Source of the DNA: Thermoanaerobaculia bacterium
GTDB lineage: Bacteria; Acidobacteriota; Thermoanaerobaculia; Multivoradales; UBA5704
Assembly (NCBI GenBank): GCA_036558045.1
Contig: DATBGJ010000752.1
Span: 1-25,598, forward strand
Reading direction: 5' to 3'
Length of the DNA stretch: 25,598 nt
Shown: positions 8,357 to 16,572 of the stretch, piece by piece
Numbering within the stretch: position 1 is the first letter of the stretch
Layout of the letters: each line of letters opens with the position of its first letter
The notes under the pieces: generated by a model
What the model was told of the DNA's origin: nothing
What the model saw: only the letters and a program-made list of their open reading frames with translations
Database searches by the model: none
Made by a program: the position numbers and the translations under genes

Positions 8357-8530
8357 CACGGCGAGCGCCGCCCCGAGCAGGCTCACCACGATGCCGACGA
8401 GCTGCGGCGGTCCGATCCGCTCAGGCCTGGAGACGCCCGCCCAGGAAAGCGCCTGCGCCGGCAGGTAGACGAGCACCAGACCGATGAAGAGCGCCGCGTA
8501 CGTCACCGCCCGGATCAGGACGCCGATCAT
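8357..8530 (-). pseudogene. Truncated second copy (first 58 codons) of the ICMT-family methyltransferase gene
   Basis: 8357-8544 aligns without gaps to 5749-5936 with 13 mismatches in 188 nt (hand count), then breaks abruptly into cassette sequence. Confidence 0.9.
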
Positions 8531-8562
8531 GGCTCAAACCTCCGTCTTCAGGATCGCGGCGG

Positions 8563-8889
8563 TTAGCCGGCGGGCCGGGATTCCTGCGCGGCGGCCTCGC
8601 TCTCCGGATACGCGGACCGCTGCTTGCCTTCCGCCGCCAACTTCCGCTGGCGGCCCAGATACCGCTCGAAGATCGCGATCTTCTCCTCCGGCCGCGGCAG
8701 CATGCCGACGACCCGCTCCAGATTGCCGAGATAGTCCGGATAGTCGGTCGCCGCGCGGATCTCTTCGAGGAACGGCCGCATCTTGGCGAAGACGGCGATG
8801 TGCTCCGTGTTGGCCTCGTTGAACATCTGTGCGGGGATCAATTCTCGTGGGCCGACGGGGCGGTAGAGGGTCACGGTGTTTCCCTGCAT
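8563..8889 (-). pseudogene. 108-aa chimeric ORF: about 17 N-terminal residues of a small 'ADP-ribosylation/crystallin J1'-annotated family fused in frame to the C-terminal half of an acidobacterial DUF4760-like protein
   Basis: SD GGAGG then MQGNTVTLYRPVGPREL, followed by IPAQMFNEANTEHIAVFAKMRPFLEEIRA. Family assignments are from memory and unverified. Confidence 0.5.
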
Positions 8890-8955
8890 CGCTTCGCCTC
8901 CCGGGAAACTGTATCGCATCGATACCAGGCCCGTTCCGTCCTCACCTTGTCTCGA

Positions 8956-9488
8956 ACAGGCTCGCGGAGCGCCGCCGCAGGATGGCGGAGCCTTATCTGA
9001 GATGACGGAGCGATGCCGCAAGATGGCGGCGCGATTTCTGAGATGACGGAGCCGCACCGCAAGGCTGCGGCGGAATTTCCGAGATGACGGAGCCGCACCG
9101 TCATCCTGCGGCGCGATTTCCGATCTTGCGGAGCCTCGCCGCCATCCTGCGGCGGCGCATCTGAGATGACGGAGCCGCACGGCAAGGCTGCGGCGGAATT
9201 TCTGAGATGACGGAGCCGCACCGTCATCCTGCGGCGAGATTTCCGATCTTGCGGAGCCTCGCCGCCATCCTGCGGCGGCGCATCTGAGATGACGGAGCCG
9301 CACGGCAAGGCTGCGGCGGAATTTCTGAGATGACGGAGCCGCGCCGTCATCCTGCGGCGAGGTTTCTGATCCTGCGGAGCCTCGCCGCCATCCTGCGGCG
9401 CCGTATCTGAGATGACGGAGCGGCGCCGCCATCCTGCGGAACGCCGACGTCATCTCAGATGCGGCTCCCCCATCCTGCGGTGCGACGC
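8956..9488. repeat. Tandem array of 41-bp units (11 clear, 2 degenerate) with 123-bp ABC higher-order period
   Basis: Unit starts at 8997, 9038, 9079, 9120, 9161, 9202, 9243, 9284, 9325, 9366 and 9407; core ctgagatgacggagc; units n and n+3 are near-identical. Confidence 0.92.
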
Positions 9489-9561
9489 CGCGAGCTTGTT
9501 TTCGGGACCGCCAGATCGGGCTTTCCCGGAGGAAAAGGGCGGCCCCTGCCGGCGGCGCAGT

Positions 9562-12033
9562 CTATTCGTACCGCAAGGCGATGATTGGGTCGACCTGGCT
9601 GGCGCGGCGGGCGGGGAACCAGACGGCGAGGAAGGCGACGGCGGCGAGCAGCAGGGGCACGCCGACGAAGACCAGCGGATCCCGCATGCCGACGCCGAAG
9701 AGGAAGGTGGCGATGAAGCGCGCCAGCCAGAAAGACAGCACGATGCCGGCGAGCAGACCCGCCAGCGTCAGGACCATCCCCTGGCGCACCACCATGTTCT
9801 TCACCCGCTCCACCGGCGCGCCGAGGGCGAGGCGGATGCCGATCTCCTGCGTCCGCTGCTCCACCGAGTAGGCCATCAATCCATAGATGCCGATCGCCGC
9901 CAGCAGCAATGCGGAGAAGCCGAACACCGCCATCACCAGCATGTTGAAACGCTGGCGCGAGGTGGAGTTGGAGACCACCTGGTCCATCGAGCGCACGTCG
10001 GAGACCGGCAGCCCGGTGGCCTGGCGGAGCTGCTCCTGGATCTGCCCGCTCAAGGTCAGGGGCTCGACCCGGGTGCGCACCACCCAGGCGATCGGCGTCA
10101 GGCGGACGTTGAGCGCGTTGGCGGCGTCCGGCACCTGCGCCTGCGGGATGTACATGGTCGGGGCCGGGTCGCTGTTGAGGCCGCCGTCGCGGGTGTCGCC
10201 GACGACGCCGATGATCTGGCGCTCGGGCTCGTCGGCGAACTCGCGCATGACGCCGCGCCCGATGATGAGGCGCTCGCCCACGGGGTCGCCCTTGGGCCCG
10301 CTTTTTTCTGGCCAATACTGGCGCGCCATGGCCTCGTTGATGACGACGACGGGCGGCGCGCCGCCGTCGTCGTGCTCGTTGAACGACCGGCCGCGCTTGA
10401 CCGGGATCTTGAACACCTCGAAGTAGCCGGGCGAGACCGTGGTCCAGGCGCCGCCGCCGTTGAAGGGTCCATCGGCGGGCCGGCCGACGATGCGGAACGG
10501 CAGGCCGTAGCCCCCCTCCAGCGGCACGCAGCAGGTGGCACTCGCCTCGACGACGCCCGGCACGGCGCGCAGCCGCTCGACGCCGTCGCGGACCAACTGC
10601 TCGACGGCCTCGGACTTGAGGAAGCGCGGCCCGGTGAGCGACATGCGCATGGTCAGCACGCGATGGGAGTCGAAGCCCGGCTCCACGCTGCCGAGCGCGA
10701 TGGCGGTGCGGATGAGCAGCGCCGAGCCGATGAGGAGGATCAACGCCAGCGCCACCTCCGTCACCACCAGCAGCGAACGCGCCTTGTTCTGCCGGAAACC
10801 GCTGCCCGAGCGGCCGCCGCCCTCCTTGAGCGATGCCGTGAGATCGGTGCGCGAGCTCTGCAGCGCCGGGATGAGGCCGAAGAGGATGCCGGTCGCCACG
10901 GAGACCACGAGCGTGAAGAGGAGCACGCGCCAGTCGACGCCCACCAGCGAGCCGTTCTCGCCGACGCGCGGGAGATTCGCCGTGTTGATCGCCAGGAGGG
11001 CGCGGATACCGGCGATGCCGAGGAGCAGCCCCAGCACGCCGCCGGCGAGCGACAGCACGACGCTCTCGGTCAGCAACTGGCGGACGATGCGCCCGCGCGA
11101 GCCGCCGATCGCCGTACGGATGGCGATCTCGCGGCGCCGGCCGGTGGCGCGCACGAGCAGGAGGTTGGCGACGTTGGCGCAGGCGATGAGCAGCACGAGG
11201 CTCACCGCGCCGGCGAGCACGAAGAGCGACGTGCGGACGTCGCTGACCAGCATCTCGCGCACCGGCTGCACGGTGAAGCTGTTGTTCGGCTGCAGCGCGT
11301 TGGGGAACTTGCGGCGGTACTCGTCCGCCGAGAGCTTCAGTTGCGCCTTCGCCTGCTCCAGGGTGACGCCCGGCTTCAGCCGGCCCGCCGAGAGGAAGTA
11401 GTGCCCCTGGTCCTCGCTGTTCGGGTCGAGCTGGAAGGGGATCCACACCTGCGGCGAGACGCCGAACTCCTCCAGGCTGAAATCGCGCAGCACGCCGACC
11501 ACGGTGTAGGGCTCGTTGCTCAGCGAGATGGACTTGCCGACGACGTTGGGATCGCTGTTGAAGCGCCGGGCCCAGAACCGGTGGCCGAGCACGACGACGC
11601 GCGGGCCGTTGGGACGGTCCTCCTCCGCCGTGAACGTGCGGCCGAGCTCGGTCGACGTGCCGAAGAGGCGGAAGTAGTCCGCGGACACCCGGTCCGACTG
11701 GAGCTGCTCGGGAAAGCTGCCGCCCGTGTAGTTGACGACGCCGGCGTTGAACGCCGCGACGTCCTGGACGACGCTCGTCTGCTGGCGGAAGTGCTGGAAC
11801 TTCGCCGGCGAGGCCGCCGCGCCCGAACCGTCCGGCGAGGTGGTGATGAACATCACCATGCGGTCGGGATCCGGGATCGAGACGGGGCGCAGCAGGACCG
11901 CGTTCACCACCGAGAAGATGGCGGTGTTGACGCCGATCCCGAGCGTCAGCGCGGCGACGGCCGCCAGCGAGAACGCCGGGCTCTTGGCGAACATCCGCAG
12001 CGATTGTTTGAAGTCTTGCAGGAATGTCTCCAT
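9562..12033 (-). CDS. ABC transporter permease, ADOP / duplicated MacB-FtsX type
   Basis: METFLQDF..SLRM..KSPAFS..LTLGIGVNTAIFSVVNAVLLRP start, RRREIAIRTAIG and RTQEIGIRLALGA repeats, ends RRASQVDPIIALRYE; no adjacent ATPase. Confidence 0.93.
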   Translation of the reverse strand: METFLQDFKQSLRMFAKSPAFSLAAVAALTLGIGVNTAIFSVVNAVLLRPVSIPDPDRMVMFITTSPDGSGAAASPAKFQHFRQQTSVVQDVAAFNAGVVNYTGGSFPEQLQSDRVSADYFRLFGTSTELGRTFTAEEDRPNGPRVVVLGHRFWARRFNSDPNVVGKSISLSNEPYTVVGVLRDFSLEEFGVSPQVWIPFQLDPNSEDQGHYFLSAGRLKPGVTLEQAKAQLKLSADEYRRKFPNALQPNNSFTVQPVREMLVSDVRTSLFVLAGAVSLVLLIACANVANLLLVRATGRRREIAIRTAIGGSRGRIVRQLLTESVVLSLAGGVLGLLLGIAGIRALLAINTANLPRVGENGSLVGVDWRVLLFTLVVSVATGILFGLIPALQSSRTDLTASLKEGGGRSGSGFRQNKARSLLVVTEVALALILLIGSALLIRTAIALGSVEPGFDSHRVLTMRMSLTGPRFLKSEAVEQLVRDGVERLRAVPGVVEASATCCVPLEGGYGLPFRIVGRPADGPFNGGGAWTTVSPGYFEVFKIPVKRGRSFNEHDDGGAPPVVVINEAMARQYWPEKSGPKGDPVGERLIIGRGVMREFADEPERQIIGVVGDTRDGGLNSDPAPTMYIPQAQVPDAANALNVRLTPIAWVVRTRVEPLTLSGQIQEQLRQATGLPVSDVRSMDQVVSNSTSRQRFNMLVMAVFGFSALLLAAIGIYGLMAYSVEQRTQEIGIRLALGAPVERVKNMVVRQGMVLTLAGLLAGIVLSFWLARFIATFLFGVGMRDPLVFVGVPLLLAAVAFLAVWFPARRASQVDPIIALRYE

Positions 12034-12125
12034 CGAAGCCTCGCGAGTCGTCCTGTTCTACGTCCGCGCGCGGACGAGGTTTCCAACCCGCGGACGGCCG
12101 GCCTCATTCCGCTCCCGCTCGTTCC

Positions 12126-12641
12126 CTAGAGGCGCAGCCGCAGGACCGCGGCAAAAGAGAAGGTGTCTTCATCGAGCCTGGTGAGGTCGTTCACCTCGGG
12201 CGCCCGCCGTTCCGCGAAGACGTCGAGGTGCAGGCGCGGGCGGATAGGCCGGTCCGTCCCCACGCGGGCGAGATAGACGACGTCGGAGGTCTTCCCCAGG
12301 ATGCGGGTCGAGTAGAACCAGCCGGCGCCGCCGGCGAGGTACCAGCGGTCGCCGAGGACGATGAAGCCCTGGGGGAAGACGAAGACGATGCCCGTGCCGC
12401 CGAAGCCGTTGGGGAAGTACTCCAGGTCCACCTGCAGCTTGAGCGGGCGGCAGAGGACGAGCTGGTAGGAGACGAGCCCGGTCACCTCGTTCTCGTCCAT
12501 GGCCAGGGGGTTCTCCCGCAGCTCGCCGGCCGGCGTCCATAGATGAACGCCGATCCCGATACGGTTCTCGATCCCCGCCACCGGCCCCGCGGCCAGGAGC
12601 AGCGCCGCGCCCAGCAGTCCCCGCAGGCTGCGCGGTTTCAT
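12126..12641 (-). CDS. Exported hypothetical protein, probable small outer-membrane beta-barrel
   Basis: Signal peptide MKPRSLRGLLGAALLLAAGPVAG; alternating amphipathic strands; start reassigned to ATG 12641. Confidence 0.6.
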   Translation of the reverse strand: MKPRSLRGLLGAALLLAAGPVAGIENRIGIGVHLWTPAGELRENPLAMDENEVTGLVSYQLVLCRPLKLQVDLEYFPNGFGGTGIVFVFPQGFIVLGDRWYLAGGAGWFYSTRILGKTSDVVYLARVGTDRPIRPRLHLDVFAERRAPEVNDLTRLDEDTFSFAAVLRLRL

Positions 12642-12678
12642 GTTGAGGCAGCATATCAGGGATGGAGTCAAGAGACAG

Positions 12679-12754
12679 CAAGGACGACAGGGGACAACAA
12701 GGACAGGAAGGTTAACCCGAACGATATCTGTCCTTGATGTCCCTTTCGTCCTTG
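12679..12754. repeat. Imperfect inverted repeat (about 27-bp arms, 21-nt loop) built from ~9-bp (a)aggacNNc subunits
   Basis: caaggacgacaggggacaacaaggacag versus ctgtccttgatgtccctttcgtccttg: 2 mismatches and 1 indel; extra subunits extend to about 12766. Confidence 0.8.
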
Positions 12755-12773
12755 TCGTCCTTTTGCGGAGCAG

Positions 12774-13346
12774 CTATTTTCCCCGCGCGATGACCTCCAC
12801 CGGATCGCCCGGCGCCGCCTCGCCCGGCTGCACCACCCGCATGTAGATGCCGCGGAAGTTGCGATGCCGGAGGTCGGGCCTGGAGACAAAGCGCAGCGCG
12901 TCGGGCCCGAAGCGCGCGTGGAACTTCTTGCAACCGTTGTGCGGCTTCGGCGTCACCTCCAGGGTGGCGCCGCCGACGCGCACGCGGCTGCCCGCCGGCA
13001 GGTTGGGAGTTGAGAGGTCGAGATCCAGAAACAGGTTGTCCCCGAAAAGCATCAGCGGCTGGCCGTTGGCGATCAGCTCGGCGACGTCGACCTGCATCAC
13101 CGTGATCTGGGCCTCGGGCCGCGGCTCTTTCTGCCGGCCCCAGGCGTCTCCCGGCAGTCCGGCGTCCGGCTCCAGGCGGACCCGCTCGGGCGTCTCGCGC
13201 AAGCCGCCTTCCCAGCGCCTCACGAGCAGAGCGAGGCGGCCGCGGTCCGCGGGCGCTCCAGGCATTGCGGCGAGGCTGCGCTCCAGGTGTTCCATGGTGG
13301 GATATCGCGCGGGATCTCCCAATGAGTTGGAGTCGACGATCGTCAT
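12774..13346 (-). CDS. MOSC domain protein
   Basis: FGDNLFLDLDLS..NLPAGSRVRVGGATLEVT..PHNGCKKF..RGIY.RVVQPG; start reassigned (13346, or 13295). Confidence 0.85.
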   Translation of the reverse strand: MTIVDSNSLGDPARYPTMEHLERSLAAMPGAPADRGRLALLVRRWEGGLRETPERVRLEPDAGLPGDAWGRQKEPRPEAQITVMQVDVAELIANGQPLMLFGDNLFLDLDLSTPNLPAGSRVRVGGATLEVTPKPHNGCKKFHARFGPDALRFVSRPDLRHRNFRGIYMRVVQPGEAAPGDPVEVIARGK

Positions 13347-13362
13347 GTCAGTTCCAGCCGGA

Positions 13363-13372
13363 ATGATATCGT
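13363..13372. promoter_or_regulatory. Overlapping divergent -10 elements between the MOSC gene and murQ
   Basis: Plus strand TG-a-TATCGT (13364-13372), 7 nt before the murQ ATG. Minus strand TATCAT (13368-13363), 16 nt before the MOSC ATG. The intergenic gap is only 33 bp. Confidence 0.45.
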
Positions 13373-13379
13373 CTCTCCG

Positions 13380-14246
13380 ATGTCTCAGGACCGTCTCGTA
13401 GCGAGCCTCGACATCGACCGCCGATCGAGCCTCGAGATCGTCCGCATCATCCAGGAGCAGGACCGCCTCGTGGCCGCGGCCGTGGCGCACGAGGAGGAGC
13501 GGATCGCGCGGGCCGTCGAGGAGATCGCCGGGCGGCTCTCCCGCGGCGGCCGGCTCTTCTACGCCGGCGCCGGCACCAGCGGCCGCATCGCCATGCTCGA
13601 CGCCGCCGAGCTGCCGCCGACCTTCGGCGTCGAATCCTCGCTCGTCCAAGTTCTGATGGCCGGCGGCGAACGGGCCTTCCTGGCCGCCGCCGAGGGGGCG
13701 GAGGACGACGAGGCCGCCGCCGCCGAGGCGGTGAACCGGAACGTGACGGCTGGAGACGCGCTCGTCGGCATCGCCGCCTCCGGCACGACGCCCTACACCG
13801 CCGCGGCCGTGCGGCGGGCGAAGGAGCTCGGCGCCTTCACGGCCGGCGTCACGTCCGCTCCGGACTCGCCGCTGGCACGCAATGTGGACATTGCGATCGT
13901 CGCGCAGACGGGGCCCGAGGTGATCATGGGCTCGACGCGCATGAAGAGCGGCACCGCGCAGAAGCTCATCCTGAACGCGATCTCGACCGGCGTCATGGTC
14001 CGCCTCGGCCGCGTCTACTCGAACCTGATGATCGAGATGCCGGTGACCAACGAGAAGCTCCACCGCCGCGGCGTGCGCATGGTCGAGCTGGCGGCGGGCG
14101 TGAGCCGGGAGGCGGCCGAGGAGGCCCTGCGCGAAGCGGACGGTGTGGTCAAGCTCGCGGCGGTGATGGCGAAGCGGCGCGTTCCCGCCGACGAGGCGCG
14201 GCGGCTGCTCGCGAAACGGACGCTGCGGGAGGTGCTGGAGGGGTGA
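13380..14246 (+). CDS. murQ: N-acetylmuramic acid 6-phosphate etherase
   Basis: YAGAGTSGRIA, DAAELPPTFG, GAEDD, GIAASGTTPY, GSTRMKSGTAQK, VYSNLM. Confidence 0.95.
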   Translation: MSQDRLVASLDIDRRSSLEIVRIIQEQDRLVAAAVAHEEERIARAVEEIAGRLSRGGRLFYAGAGTSGRIAMLDAAELPPTFGVESSLVQVLMAGGERAFLAAAEGAEDDEAAAAEAVNRNVTAGDALVGIAASGTTPYTAAAVRRAKELGAFTAGVTSAPDSPLARNVDIAIVAQTGPEVIMGSTRMKSGTAQKLILNAISTGVMVRLGRVYSNLMIEMPVTNEKLHRRGVRMVELAAGVSREAAEEALREADGVVKLAAVMAKRRVPADEARRLLAKRTLREVLEG

Positions 14247-15445
14247 ATCGAATCGACCGGCTGCACGAGATCGCGCGCAAGCCGAGCCGCGTCATCGTCG
14301 GGCTGATGTCCGGCACCTCCGTGGACGCCATCGACGCCGTGCTGGTGCGCATCTCCGGCCATGGCTCGCGGGCGCGCATCGAGAAGCTGCGCTTCGACAG
14401 CTTCCCGTTTCCGGCGGACATCCGCGCCCGCGTCAACACGCTGTTCGACAAGGACCGCGCGACCATCGAGGAGATCTGCCATCTCGACTTCGTGCTCGGC
14501 GAGCTGTTCGCCGCCGCTACCCGCCGGCTCGTGGCCGATGCGGAATTGAAAGCCGAAGACGTGGATCTCGTCGCCGCCGCCGGCCAGACGATCTGGCACC
14601 GCCCGCGTCCGACGACGGAGGAATCCACGGCCGAGGTGCCGTGGATCGGCGAGCCCATCGCCACGCGCTCGACGCTCGCCATCGGCCAGTCCGCGGTGAT
14701 CGCCGAGCGCACCGGCATCATCACCGTCGGCGACCTGCGCGTGCGCGACGTCGCGGCCGGCGGCCACGGCGCGCCGCTCGTGGCCTACTTCGACTGGGCG
14801 CAGCTCCGCCACCCGACGCGGGCGCGCGCCATGCAGAACCTCGGCGGCATCGCCAACGTGACCTTCATTCCGCCCAACGCCAAGCTGGACGACGTGGTGA
14901 CGTTCGACACCGGGCCTGGCAACATGGTGATCGACGCGCTCGTCTCCCTCCTCACCGGCCAGCGGGAGGCGTTCGACCGCGACGGCGCGCGCGCGGCACG
15001 CGGCCGGGTGCGCGAGGAGGTGCTCGCCTGGTGCATGTCCGATCCGTACTTCGAGCTGCGGCCGCCGAAGACGACCGGGCGCGAGCGCTTCGGGCGCCAG
15101 TACGCGCGCCGCCTCGCCGAGCGCTTCGCCGACGTGCCGCCGGACGACCTCGTCGCCACCGCCACCGCCTTCACCGCCGAGAGCATCGCGCACGCCTACC
15201 GCACGTTCATCGGGCAGCGCATCGACGAGGTGATCGTCGCCGGCGGCGGCGCGAAGAATCCGACGCTCGTGGCCATGCTGCGCGAGCGGCTGCCGGGCGC
15301 GGAGGTGCGCGTCTACGAATACCTGCAGGAGAAGGAAGCGATGGCCATGGCGCTCATCGCCAACGACTCGGTGGCCGGCATGCCCACCAACGTCGGGCGC
15401 CTCACCGGCGGGAAGCCGGCGATCCTGGGGAAGATCTGCCTGTGA
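14243..15445 (+). CDS. anmK: Anhydro-N-acetylmuramic acid kinase
   Basis: GLMSGTSVDAID, GQTIWH, DVAAGGHGAPL, NLGGIAN, FDTGPGN, PPKTTGRERF; GTGA overlap with murQ. Confidence 0.95.
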   Translation: MNRIDRLHEIARKPSRVIVGLMSGTSVDAIDAVLVRISGHGSRARIEKLRFDSFPFPADIRARVNTLFDKDRATIEEICHLDFVLGELFAAATRRLVADAELKAEDVDLVAAAGQTIWHRPRPTTEESTAEVPWIGEPIATRSTLAIGQSAVIAERTGIITVGDLRVRDVAAGGHGAPLVAYFDWAQLRHPTRARAMQNLGGIANVTFIPPNAKLDDVVTFDTGPGNMVIDALVSLLTGQREAFDRDGARAARGRVREEVLAWCMSDPYFELRPPKTTGRERFGRQYARRLAERFADVPPDDLVATATAFTAESIAHAYRTFIGQRIDEVIVAGGGAKNPTLVAMLRERLPGAEVRVYEYLQEKEAMAMALIANDSVAGMPTNVGRLTGGKPAILGKICL

Positions 15446-16572
15446 TGCGGCACCTTTATGGCCGCGCTTTCGTAAGCGGGGCGATCCTGGACGACGTGCT
15501 CGTCTCGCTGAGCGGTGGCACCATTGCGGACGTCGTACAGACGACGGACGTCCCCGCTGCCGCGGAGCGGACAAAAAACCTGATCGTTCCCGGCTTCATC
15601 GACTGCCACATCCATGGCGGCGACGGCGCGGATTTCATGGATGCGGACGACGACGGCAACGCGCGCATCCTTGCCTTTCATGCGAGACATGGGACCACGG
15701 CGCTCGCGGCGACGACGCTCTCCGCTTCGCCGCGCGACTTGCGGAGCGCCGTGGCGGCGATCGCCAGGGCATCGCGCGGAGAGTCAAAGGGAGCCGAGAT
15801 CTGCGCCGTCCATCTCGAAGGACCCTACATCAACGCCGAGCGCGCCGGCGCGCAGGACCGCTCGTCGATCCGCCCCGCGGACATCCAGGAAGTCGAGACG
15901 CTCCTCGCCGCGGCACCGGAGCTGCGATGGATGATGACCCTGGCACCGGAGCTCGACGGCGCGCGGGCTCTCATCGAGCGCTTTCGCGGCCGTGTCCGGT
16001 TCTCCGTCGGCCATTCCGCGGCGGACTACGACGTTGCGACGACGGCGCTCGCGTGGGGGGCCTCGCATTTCACGCACCTGTTCAACGCCATGACGGGCCT
16101 GCACCACCGCGAGCCCGGCGCGGTCGGCGCGGCCTTGAATTCAACGGATGCCACCGCGGAGCTGATCGCCGACGGCATCCATGTCCATCCCGCGGTCCTC
16201 CACATCGCCGCCCGCATGATGCCGAACCGCGTCGCGCTGATCACCGACGCCATCCGCGCCTGCGGCCTGGCGGACGGCATCTACAAGCTCTACCGCCACG
16301 ACGTCACCGTCGGCGGCGGCGCGGCGAGACTGCCCGGTGGCGAGTTGGCCGGAAGTTTGCTCACCATGTCCGCGGCGGTGCGCAACATGGTGGAGCTGGC
16401 GAGTCTGCCGCTCGAAAGCGTGATCCCGCTCGCCACCGAGGTGCCGGCGCGCATCCTCGGCATGGCCGGCCGCAAGGGGAAGCTCGCGCCCGGCCATGAC
16501 GCCGATGTCGTGCTCCTCGGTGAGAGCCTCGATGTCGAACGGGTCTTCGTGAAGGGGATGGAAAGGTTTTGA
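15445..16572 (+). CDS. nagA: N-acetylglucosamine-6-phosphate deacetylase
   Basis: PGFIDCHIHGG, HLEGPY, THLFNAM, ADGIHV, LITDA, LAGS; TGATG coupling to anmK. Confidence 0.95.
   Translation: MRHLYGRAFVSGAILDDVLVSLSGGTIADVVQTTDVPAAAERTKNLIVPGFIDCHIHGGDGADFMDADDDGNARILAFHARHGTTALAATTLSASPRDLRSAVAAIARASRGESKGAEICAVHLEGPYINAERAGAQDRSSIRPADIQEVETLLAAAPELRWMMTLAPELDGARALIERFRGRVRFSVGHSAADYDVATTALAWGASHFTHLFNAMTGLHHREPGAVGAALNSTDATAELIADGIHVHPAVLHIAARMMPNRVALITDAIRACGLADGIYKLYRHDVTVGGGAARLPGGELAGSLLTMSAAVRNMVELASLPLESVIPLATEVPARILGMAGRKGKLAPGHDADVVLLGESLDVERVFVKGMERF

Noticed and set aside
8562-8568. GGCTAAC at the stop of the chimeric ORF as an attC
   Set aside because: Only about 30 nt to the next ATG, with no palindrome or R' box.
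8871-9453. Repeat-encoded 41-aa-repeat proteins (ORFs 8563..9453 and 8871..9350)
   Set aside because: Open frames follow automatically from a GC-rich 123-bp period with a stop in only one minus frame. No SD is present, and a good SD/ATG exists at 8889.
8956-9488. 41-bp array as a CRISPR or mini-CRISPR
   Set aside because: The variable parts recur every third unit instead of being unique spacers, the period is too short, and there are no cas genes.
5900-9500. Intact prophage, IS or integrase-bearing island
   Set aside because: No recombinase, transposase, terminal inverted repeats with target duplication, or phage genes were found.
9412-12129. 905-aa plus-strand ORF and other long shadow ORFs (e.g. 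2598..4886, 1409..2722, 14015..15574, 20472..22022, 21943..23637)
   Set aside because: Antisense or alternate-frame shadows of well-supported genes in high-GC DNA; Arg/Ala/Gly-rich with no motifs.
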